Assembly: GCA_043228905.1 (NCBI GenBank)
Contig: JBHGNT010000007.1
Coordinates: 7,688,001 to 7,752,000, forward strand
DNA from: Azolla caroliniana
Taxonomy: Eukaryota; Plantae; Polypodiophyta
Direction: 5' to 3'
Length of the DNA stretch: 64,000 bases
Positions 53,799 to 64,000 of this stretch are shown here, piece after piece (positions within the stretch are counted from its first letter, which is position 1; the number at the start of each line of letters is the position of its first letter). Under the pieces are notes generated by a model. That model saw only the letters and a program-made list of their open reading frames with translations, made no database searches and had not been told where the DNA came from. A program made the translations under genes and the position numbers.

Positions 53799-55385
53799 TG
53801 TTAACTCTTAGGGCCGGACAATGGCCTAACACAGGGTGTCTACGGAAGACACTTCACCAAAGGGGTGTTACGGCAAGAGGATTAGAATCAACAATTAATC
53901 CGACTTAATTAGGCTACTTAGTAAGATCGTCCTTAATAATCACACGCGTAAGATATAACAATGAATGCAGAACGGCAATTAACACAGAGAGATAAAAACA
54001 CTAAGCTTTATTAATTAACGACTCCTCATTACATTGTATCCGGGCCTTTAAATAGGTTTCTGGTCTGTAGTACAAAACGGTGCCATCCGCACCTGTTCGG
54101 GATCGGTTCGGATTCGGAACGGCATACCGATTCCGGTCCGTCGTCCACACTCATAGCTTACTTACAACCATTCCTAATAATTAACTAACTCCCCGTTTCA
54201 CACTCTGAACTCCTTTGCCAGCCGGGCCGGTAACACATGGCACGCCCGTGGGACAGTACCTTGTACGTTGAATCCACATCCGACCCTTGCTGTCAGGAAT
54301 AGTACTAAAGCAGAGATGGAATTAGTACTAAGAAGAGTAGTACTATTAATACTAAGAGGACGGGACTGCGTAAGATTCCCGAGAGAGAGGAAGTGAGAAG
54401 AGGAGAGAGAGAAATAGGATGATGACAACAACTCTTATATTATATGAAAGATAAGTACAAATCGGCTAAGAGGCTTAAGATTGGTGTTGAACCAATTTGG
54501 TTCAAAACAATACCTTGTGCCTCCTTTTATAGTGTTTTTAGGAATAATCCTGAAGCTTCTAGAATGTTCCAGAGAGATTTGGAATATACATCAATTTTCT
54601 ATGATAAAGCATGAATGAAAATAATATCCTACAAAATACAATTCATAGTCTAATGGTAAGAGCTCGACCCATGTAGCATAAGGTCATGTGTTCGAGTCTT
54701 GCCATATCGTGACACTATCTCCCCCTTAAAGACGACGAGTGGAACGAGTCGGCGCTAATTGCGGACCGGGTTTGTCCGGATACTTTCGGTGGCAAAAGAG
54801 GAGGGAATCCGATGACGATCCGCATAAGTCTTCTGTGTGTGTTGAGCATGACGAAGGTGAGTAGAGAGATCCATCTGGATCTTGCGTAGCCTCTCCAAAT
54901 GATCCTCGGCACGAGGGTTGGTAGGTAGCTCCGGAGTGTCGATCACCGACCAGCGAGGATGGAAACCGGTATAAGCGAAAAATGGGGAGACCCGAGTCGA
55001 GGAGTGAATAACATTATTATACGCAAACTCCACAAAGTGGAGAATCTCGGCCCAATCGTCCTGTTGATAACTCAGGAAACACCGGAGATATTGCTCCAGC
55101 GTTTGGTTTGTTCGTTCCGCCTGTCCGTTGGTTTGAGGATGGTAGCCGGAGGAGAGGTTGCAGGAGACCTTGAGCATCTTGAAGAGATGCTGCCAAAATT
55201 TGGAGACAAATTGCAAGCCTCGGTCATTGATAATACTGTCTGGGAGGCCATGATGCCGTAATACCTCACGCATAACAAGAGCGGCGGTTTCCTCGCTAGT
55301 GATGGCTTTAGTACATGGCACAAAATGTGCCATCTTCGTATATCGATCGATGATGGTTAGGATAGCATCGAACCCCTTCGTATCG

Positions 55386-55756
55386 AGAGCTGCTGCTTTT
55401 CAGCGAAGAAAAAAACTAAACTTTAGACGGGCTTCGTGATGTTTATGCTTTTTCATTGGAGCATCTATGAACATGTGAACACTGGTAAAATTCAGAAGGA
55501 TCATGCAAGAAGGCAATATCATCTTCTGGCCATAATCTGCGAATCCAGCAAAGCAAAGCAAAGCAGCACGCGAAATTCCGTTGGTAAAATTCAGAAGGAT
55601 CATGCAAGAAGGCAATATCATCTTCTGGCCATAATCTGAGACCATTGTTCTACCATTGGAACTATTCTCCTGAAATTAAATAATTACTTACGAGCCGGCC
55701 GGTTACTTTGCCTTTATTCCTTGGCGTTGAACCGTGCGGCTTCATCAAGCAAGCAA
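55386..55756. other. Foreign insert in Gypsy D integrase, probably mitochondrial-derived (NUMT-like filler)
   Basis: Interrupts DFITDL|..TKGFDAIL with no TSD or TIR; contains half a trnW, AAAGC/AAGC runs and a 57-bp internal duplication. Confidence 0.6.
55638..55671 (-). pseudogene. trnW: 5' half of a mitochondrial-type tRNA-Trp(CCA)
   Basis: AGGAGAATAGTTCCAATGGTAGAACAATGGTCTC: acceptor 5' strand, D-arm GTTC/GAAC, anticodon stem 5' strand, cut at the anticodon; matches the recalled native land-plant mitochondrial trnW. Confidence 0.65.
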
Positions 55757-58700
55757 GCAGATCTGTGATAAAATCAAGACAAATAGATTGCCATGGCTTA
55801 CTTGGAATCGGTAAAGGTTCCAACAAGCCATATGGATGGTGTCGTGGCATCTTTGCTCGGCAGCAAGCATCACAGGTCTGAACGTAGTCATTGACAAAAC
55901 GGCGCATGTGGGGCCGCCAAAAAGATCGCTGCACTAGCTCCAACGTCTTAGTACTACCGAAATGTCCCGCCGTATGGGTGTCGTGACAATGTTGGACGAT
56001 TTGAAGGCGACAGGAGCAATCGGGGACATATACGCGCTTTTAAAAAAATAACAAACCATCATGATATTCGAATTGTCGGTAGTCAATACCTGGTTGTTGA
56101 GACTGAGAACAGGATGCCCGAGAAGTATCAATGTGCGCCGGGATGTCTTGAGCAAAACTATCCGTCTTCAAGGTTGCACGTATGTCATCGGTAATCCGTG
56201 AATCCATCGGGGTGTGAAAAATCCACGTCGTGTGCAATCGTGTTGGTCCCAAGATTACTTGCTTTTGATTATCAAATGTTGTGTCACCAGGACGAGGTGC
56301 AAGATATGAACGCCGTGATAGTGCATCTGCTTTTCCTTGCTGCTTCCCTGGTCGATATGTGATTTTGAAGTCGAAATGCGTGAGGAATTGCGCCCACCGA
56401 GCTTGCCGTTGATTTAGTACGCGAGCGTTCTGAAAATAAGCAAGATTTTTATGATCGCTAAAGACAATGACCTGATGTGGAGAGCCCTCTAAGAAATGCC
56501 GCCATTGTACAAATGAATCCACGATGGCTAATAACTCCTTGTCATGTATTTCGTAGTTGATTTCTGCGACATTGAATTTGCACGAATGGAAAGCCACCTG
56601 ATGCAACTCTTCTTTATCGCCTTGTTGAGAAAGGATGCTATCAAGGGCGAAATCTGATGCGTCGGCCTCCATGATGAATGGTTTGCTTGTATCCACATGA
56701 GCTAGAATCGGTGCTGATGTAAAGGCTTTCTTAAGGTGCCGAAAAGCCATATCTGCTTCTATGGACCAAAGAAATGCTTGGCCCTTCTTCGTAAGTTGTG
56801 TGAGAGGTAAAATAATCTTCGAGTAATCCTGTATAAAATTACGGTAGAAGTTAGCAAAACCTAGAAAACATTGTACATCTCGTACCGACCGTGGAATTTG
56901 CCACTCTAGTATAGTTTGGATTTTAGCTGGATCCATGGCGATGCCCTTTGAGGAGATGACGTAGCCTAGAAATTCCACTTGCTTGCAGTCAAAGCTACAT
57001 TTCTCTAGCTTGGCATAAAGACCATTCTCGTGGAGTCACTTTAGTACTGAGGAGTTGTACTAAGGAGTCCTCCTTAATAGTGCTGGAAGGATGTACTGAT
57101 ATTGCAAATAGGAACATTGCCTCCTTGGGTCCTTCTTCGCGTAGTTGATGGAGTGAAATGGTCGAAACTTGGTGAGTTGATTCTTGGGGTGGTCGATATC
57201 GGACTTCTCTTGTTCTCCAATCTATGGCTGGATTATGTAATTCAAACCAAGGTAATCCTAGGACAATGGGATGCTCTGGACTACTAATTATATTAAATGA
57301 TATTACACACACAAAACTACCTAGGACAACTTGAATGGGTTCTGATTCTTCTACAATATTCCCGGAAGCAATGGGACGACCATCAATGACTACTACAGAT
57401 GCGGGACAAGGAAGTTTTCTTAAGGATATCTGAGAAGCTTGGGCAAAATTTCGATCCATGAAACAGGAATTAGTTCCGGAATCTAAAAGTGCTAGGATGG
57501 GTACTGGGGGAGTACTTTTAGTACTAACAATGACTTGGGCTAAGAACACATTGCTAACTTGCTTGGAAGGAATGGAACCACTAATGGGCTGTACAGATCT
57601 AGGGCTGTTGTCCAACCAAACGGCTCCTATTTTGGCTGGACTCAATCGTTTAACTCTTCATCTAATTGACTAAGGATTTGAAATTTATTTGAGATATTTG
57701 GGCTATTAGTACTATGAATACTATCAAACACTCTATTAGTACTATTAATACTATCAGACACTCCTAAGGAAAGAATTGACTCGGGTTTAGTACAGGCTAC
57801 AATTTGATTTACCTATCTTCTTGGCCTATGGGGACAATTGATTGCGATATGCCCTGGTCCAACGCAATAAAGACATAATCAATTTGCACGTCGTCGTTGC
57901 TTTTCTTCTTCCGATAACGGGCCGCGTCGACACATGGTATCGATCTCCATCGGTGTCGAAGTATTTGCTTGAGGAATGTCTCGTGCAAATGGTCTAGCCG
58001 CGACTGCGACGTAAGTGGGCTCCGGCCTAGCGCGTGGTATCTGTAATTGACGTTCCGAACGCCGTTCGAAGAGGTGGTTGTCACATCGGACCGCTCGACT
58101 GATTGCCTCCGTAAGAGACTTTGGTTCTTCGGGGAAGGTTAGAAGTAGATCTTTGACATCATTTCGCAAGCCATAGCGAAACTGCTCCATTAGTGCTTGA
58201 TCATCCCAAGGTATGTCGAAAGCGAGTAGGCGGAAATCCGCCGCATAGGCAGAGGCTGGACGATCACCTTGACGCAATCGCCGGATCTTGTTGATCGCCG
58301 TCCTGATGCTGTCGGTGTCTCCAAAGCAGGCTTTGAACTCACTAATAAAATCTTCAAAGTTATTAAGCAAGGGCGATTGTTTTTCTAGAAGCGGAGCGAA
58401 CCATGCTAAGGCTGAGCCGCTAAGCAACGTGCCTATTAAGCCGACTCGGGATGCATCAGTGGGGTATCGGGATGGATGTATTTGGAGGACTAATTGTACC
58501 TGATTAAGGAATCCCCTGAATTGCGATCGTGTTCCATCAAATTTCACAGGAAGTCCAATCTTCGGCTCTTTATGAAATCCTTGGGGACTTGATCCTTGTT
58601 GTTGCAATGCCGCTTCGAGTTGTTGCACCCGTAACGCTAACTCCCCATGTTGTTGCTGCGTTTGTTGCTTTTCTAGAGCGATTTGTTGCAGATCCCCTAT

Positions 58701-59230
58701 CAGCCGTTGGTTTTCTTGTTCCAGGGCAACAAACTTTTCTTTTAGGCACTGTAACTCGGAGAAAACGGATTGATATTCTTGGGCGCTAACAGTAGCCATA
58801 ATAGAGGGAAAAGGATAGGAGGATGAGGGAGAACGACAAGTAGGCTGGAGGAAAGAGGAGAAAATTGGTTCAAACTGTCAGGAATAGTACTAAAGCAGAG
58901 ATGGAATTAGTACTAAGAAGAGTAGTACTATTAGTACTAAGAGGACGAGACTGCATAAGATTCCCGAGAGAGAGGAAGTGAGAAGAGGAGAGAGAGAAAT
59001 AGGATGATGACAGCAGCTCTTATATTATATGAAAGATAAGTACAAATCGGCTAAGAGGCTTAAGACTGGTGTTGAACCAATTTGGTTCAAAACAATGCCT
59101 TGTGCCTCCTTTTATAGTGTTTTTAGGAATAATCCTGAAGCTTCTAGAATGTTCCAGAGAGATCTGGAATATACATCAATTTTCTATGATAAAGGATAAA
59201 TGAAAATAATATTCTACAAAATACAATTCA

Positions 59231-59290
59231 TAGTCTAATGGTAAGAGCTCGACCCATGTAGCATAAGGTCATGGGTTCGAGTCTTGCCAT
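59231..59290 (+). promoter_or_regulatory. tRNA-like Pol III A-box/B-box module in the Gypsy D LTR (also 54646-54705 and, degenerate, 27581-27640)
   Basis: TAGTCTAATGG (59231-59241) and GGTTCGAGTC (59274-59283) at tRNA spacing, preceded by tRNA-like AAGGTCATG. Confidence 0.6.
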
Positions 59291-59303
59291 ATTGTGACAC
59301 TTG

Positions 59304-61943
59304 CTATTCTTCGTCCAAAATATCTAGAATGCTTTGTTCGAGAGTCTCCAATGGTTCATCTAGAATTGGTTGCTGCGACTAGTCCTTTGGTGGCTGTTGT
59401 GGCTGCTCCTCCGTTCGTAGCTTTTTCTTCCCGAACCCGAGACCGCTCGTAGCTTTCAAACTGGGTTTGAGCGTCTAGCCTATCATCGTCTAGCTGAGCT
59501 ACGAGTTGCCGGACCTGCGCCAGCTGTTCATCCGCCAGGACTTGGAAGTCATCGTCCCATATGGCGGTGAAGTCCTCGGAAGTCAACGTGTAACAATCAT
59601 CTCCTTCCTTCCGCCGGTTTGCCACGTCTGCCCCTAGCAATTGGAGTTCCTCCGCGTTTTGTGCCCACTTTTTCCACCATTTTACGGAGCTTTCATCAAT
59701 AAAGTGTTTTGTCTGATTCAACCATGCCCAGAGGATGCACTGAATCCGGCCCTTTCCCAATTGCGATTTGATCTCCGCCGCTTGCCGTTCCTCCTTCAGT
59801 TGCTTGATGATTTTGACGTTGTCTTCCGCCTGCTCCTTGTAATGCGTCAATTGCCTTTGATATGTGCTTTGTAATTTTTGCAATACTGTTGACACTCTCT
59901 CCTTTTCTTCCTACTGCTGCCTCTAGAGCTCCATCCGGACCTTCTCCGCCTCGTCCAACCGTCTTGTATTTTCCGCACGTTCGTCGGCGATCGCCGTCAC
60001 GGCCCGATCAACTTCCTGCTGGAGTTCGGCCATCCGTTCCTTATGCTCTGTTTCCAGCCGTTTGAAGTCCCGGTGCAGGTGCTCAAAATCATCTGTCTTT
60101 TGCTTGAGCCGTGCGTTGATCTGTCGACGGGCCCGGTCCTCGCGGTCCTTCTGCTGGCGGAGCTCTTCCTTTAGCCGTTCAATTTCCGTTTTCGCCGTCT
60201 TCCTCAACTTGTCCTTTTCCTGCAACACTTTATCTTTTTCCTCCCTTAGCCGGTCGTACGCTTGATGGCCTTTCCGGAGGCTCTCCTCTGCCTGGCGGAG
60301 GGTCTCAGCAGTCTTCTTTAATTCGGCTTCGGCCGCTGTCTTCAATTCCCGTTCACGGCTCCTTAACGCTTCTTGTGCGGCAAGTTCATCTCTCAATTCC
60401 GCAAGCTCCTGGGCTTGCGCCGCATCTCTCTCTGTGACGGGTTCCGTTGCCGGGGTCTTATTAGTATGTATAGGTTGGTCTATTTCTTTATTCTGTACAC
60501 TTACCGGAGTCACCGGTGATTGGATCTGTGTTGCCGTTAAGGCCATTTTGGCCATCTCTGCCGTGACCTGATCCAAGTCTTTTTCAAGGCACCGGATTCT
60601 GGACCGGGCCGTCTCTAGTTGTTCGGTTGTGACGAGCAACCGTTCGCTTTGCGCTCTTTCTTCCGCCTCAATATACCCCACTGCTCCGGCAATCTGTTTG
60701 CCTATCCACCGGAGCCACAGGCTACCGGTGCCTTGTTGTAGCGTTTGCACGGAGGTTTGACGGATGGGCTCGCTTGTAGATGGGTGGTCCCGTCTGATTG
60801 CACCGAGTTGCAATTCCGTTTCTGCCCGTGGACCACCCTGCTGTCCTGGTTCCCCTTGCGCTTCTTCTTGGTTTGCCGAGGGAAGCTGCATTGACCTTTC
60901 CGGCTCTGGCGGGATGGGACTTGCCGGTGTTGCCGGTGTTGCCGGTGGTGCTGGTGGTGCAGGGGCTTCTGATTCCGGTGCCGTGCGCACCGAGTCCGGT
61001 TCCTCCCTTGGCGTGGGAGTCTCAGTATGGGGAGCCGGTGTTCCCTCCGTCTGAGGGTTCGAACATTTCCCAGCTGCCTCAACGATCCTTGCCGACGACC
61101 GTCGCTGGTGGTGTTCCGTAGGCTCCTCCTCAATTTCCTCTTCCTGAGTCCCGGCATTGAGTTTTGCCGCCAAGGGGTCCGCTTCTCTATTCACCGGTCG
61201 ACGGAGTGTAACCTTTACGGGCCATACCGGTGGTTCCTCATACGCATCCGTTGGCCGCTTCCAGCTGGCGCTCTCCTTTCCCGCCTGTTCTGCGTCCGCA
61301 ACCTTCCCCTTAGTGGCCTTAGAGGCCAACAACTGTTGTCTTTTGGAAGCAGTCTTTGGGGTGCCGTCCGCCACTCTTCCTCGCTTTTTGGGCTCGACGG
61401 GCTCGACAGGTGGCACAAGCAAGGTGAGCCACTGCGTTACAACGTGCCATATCCTCCGTCCGTCTCGGCCTTCTTTGCTGTCTTTGCCTCTGACGATCTC
61501 GATCGCCGCACACAAACCGTCTGCGATCAATACCGGCCAATCCACCTTGATCCCTTCATAGGTGGCGATGATCATCCTTGCCCGGTTTTGCGGCATGACA
61601 GGGGTCCGGGGTACACATGGCTGTATTCGTGGAGCACACGGGCAATCTCGCGTAACAACATATCTCCGCCGCCCTGTGTCCGGTAGCCCTTGCTGGCTAG
61701 GGAGTACTCACCAAAATACTTGATGAGTTGCTCCGAGGTCGGATTGTCAATCGTGAGTATGCCTCCCTCCGGAAGGCCTGTTAATGCACGGATCGCCTCC
61801 CCCGTTATGACCTCTGTGTCGATTTCTTTGATCACCTTGTCGGCTTCTTTGTGTGGCGGTACCTCCATAATCATCAAGAAGCCCTCGAGCCCGTGTTGCT
61901 TTAGCCATTTCTTGGCGATTTCCGACAACGTTTGCAGGTCCAT
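59304..61943 (-). pseudogene. Extra ORF3 of Gypsy G (coiled-coil protein, few lesions)
   Basis: ORFs 61572-61943, 59923-61596 and 59356-59895 match ORF3 of H. Confidence 0.8.
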
Positions 61944-64000
61944 GTCTGTGTTGAGGTCGGATTGTGGTGGCGAGGTTGGCTGGTGATGAAGGTGAGAGTG
62001 AGAGAGAGAGAGAGTTCAGAAGGCGGGGGTTCTCTGTGCGTAGGTTCTCGTCTGATGATCTTGCAGCGCCTTGGTGCTTCTGTGCTCCTGGGTTCGCGAA
62101 AGTAGAGGGTCTCCACGCGCAGTGGTTTTTCTCTGTGCATTCTGGCGCCTTTTTCGAGTGTGTGCACGTTGTGTACTAAAATAGCATTATGTCATGTGGT
62201 GGCGCTTAAATGCCCACTACGTACCTTTTCGCTCCTCGCTCTTTCGTCCATTCATACCTCGTTTTTGCATGATTACCTCGCTTTTATTTATTTATTTATT
62301 TATTTATTTAAATTTTAATGTGGTGTGAGGTTAGTTGTCCGTTGGTCCTATCGGACCCTTACCGGCTTCATTATGGTTTGCTGTCGCCTCATTCTCCCCT
62401 GTTATCGGCTTGCCGTCTCCTCCGTCTTGGTGGTTGCCGTTCCCCTCATAGGTTGCCATTTCCTCACCGGTGTCGGTCCTTTGCTCAAATGGGTTCTTAG
62501 GCATCGGTCCTCTATATGGCTTCAATTGGAATCCGTTGACCCATTTGCCTAGCACTTCGCCGGCAAATGTCCCTAATTGGTAGGACCCATTATACTCACG
62601 TGTTAGCCAATACGAACCAGTCCATCTAAACCGTAGTTTACCCAGCATCTTGCCCATCCGGGTTTGAAATACTAACACCGGCTTGCCGATTGTGAACATT
62701 TTTTCATTTCCTTTCCTGTGCCGGTCGACGAATGCTTTCCGTCGCCGTTGTTCCAATTCTAAATGCAGGATGCTTGCCAGTCATTGTTCCTCGAGTTCAC
62801 ACAACGCTGTTAACCGTATTGCCTCCGACTCCTTCTCGTTCAACCGTTCCCGTAGCTGGATCCGTAAGCTGGGTACTTGGAATTCCACCGGCATTACCGC
62901 CTCTAGTCCAAATGCTAACCGGAACGGTGTTGTTCAGATGCTCGTTTTATATGTCGTCCAGTATGCCCAAAGCGCGCTATGTAGCTTGGTATCCCAATCC
63001 GTTCGGTTTTCGTTGACGATCTTCCGGAGGATATTCTGGAGCGTTTTGTTCGTCGATTCAGCTAACCCGTTTGCTTGCGGATAGTATGGTGTGCTCCGTT
63101 TATGGACAACGGCATAGAATGTCATCAGGCTTTCAATTACTTGGCCGAGAAAGTGCCCCCCTTGGTCGCTTATTAATTCGATTGGGCATCCGTAACGGCA
63201 CCAGATGTATTCGTATAGAAATTTTGCCATTGACGCAGCGGTGTTGTCTCTTTAGGCTTTGGCCTCCACCCATTTCGTGTAGTAATCCGTCGCGACAATG
63301 ACATACTGATTACCTGTTCTCATTGCCGGTGGTTTGAACGGTCCAGCAAAGTCCAGCCCCCACTTCTGGAATGGTTCGAGTGGTAGTACAGGCTGGTGTG
63401 GCATCCGAGCCTGCTCCGTTGGCTGGCCCATTCGCTGGCATAGGTCGCATTCTTTTGCGTACCGTACAACATCTCTTAATGTCGGCCACCATAGGCCACT
63501 TTGCCATATTTTCTTGGCCGTCGCATCTCCGGCATAGTGACCTCCGGTAACTCCGCAGTGGGCTTCCCTCAGTATGAGGTCCTTTTCATTGCTGTGCACA
63601 ACCCGTCTCCATATGCCGTCCGCGCCCTTGTGGTAAAGTGTGTCTTGCAGTAAGCAGAAATGTCAGCTTTGCACTGCCAGGCGTTTTCTTTCGTCTCGGT
63701 TCATCTCTTCCGGAGGCAGTCCTGTGCTCAGAAACTGGTGCATGTTTGTGAGCCACTTGTCTTCTTGTGCCACTGTCTCATCAGCTGCCGTTTCCGTAGT
63801 GACTGGAAATAGCTCCGCATCCGGAAACTCGTTCGCTACTCCGTCACCCGTCTTTCCGGACTTTAATCGGCTTAAGTAATCCGCCACGGCATGCTATATA
63901 CCGGGTCGGTGGAATATGTCAAACTCGAATTCCTGTAACAGTAAGGTCCACCGGGCCAACTTACCGGTGAGTGACGCCTTGGACACCAGGTAAAGGAGTG

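Larger units (their letters stand above)
54291..59299 (-). mobile_element. Gypsy D: Tcn1-like chromovirus (related to C), two 424-bp LTRs (54291-54714, 58876-59299), TSD CTTGC, internal deletions of the RT core and chromodomain
   Basis: CTTGC at 54286-54290 and 59300-59304; about 13 LTR mismatches by eye; gag 58799-~57642, PR, RNase H and integrase fragments; PPT GGGGGAGATAG. Confidence 0.94.
53799..64000 (-). mobile_element. Gypsy G (same family as H, opposite orientation): 3' LTR 53799-54235, ORF3, integrase, RNase H end; runs off the window; split by Gypsy D
   Basis: LTR is the reverse complement of the H LTR; integrase peptides (63887-62331) nearly identical to those of H. Confidence 0.92.

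Noticed and set aside
59224-59299. Functional tRNA gene in the LTR
   Set aside because: T-stem and acceptor stem pair poorly and the anticodon arm is irregular; kept only as a tRNA-like A/B-box module

Overview
Plant nuclear DNA, most likely a fern or other non-seed vascular plant. This is inferred from the PPR E-domain type, Tcn1-like chromoviruses and a native-type mitochondrial trnW fragment. The first ~20 kb holds three host genes among decayed LINE/LTR remnants: a cyclophilin (-), a PLS-class PPR gene truncated in its E domain (+), and a 6-coding-exon RPL7/uL30 gene (-). From ~20.9 kb to the end is a nested retrotransposon block. Nest 1: Copia A > Copia B > Tcn1-like Gypsy C > (solo LTR; Gypsy H with extra ORF). 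Nest 2: Copia E > (solo LTR; Copia F > Gypsy G with extra ORF > Tcn1-like Gypsy D > mitochondrial-like insert). Most notable signals: (1) antisense tRNA-like A-box/B-box modules in the U3 of three dissimilar LTR families; (2) Tf1-like self-priming PBS and a GTTAAAC + stem -1 frameshift signal in the Tcn1-like elements; (3) a ~900-codon coiled-coil third ORF kept in two Gypsy copies; (4) a NUMT-like patch carrying half of trnW; (5) a degenerate DYW:KP-like tail after the PPR stop. All calls were made by eye, with no database searches.
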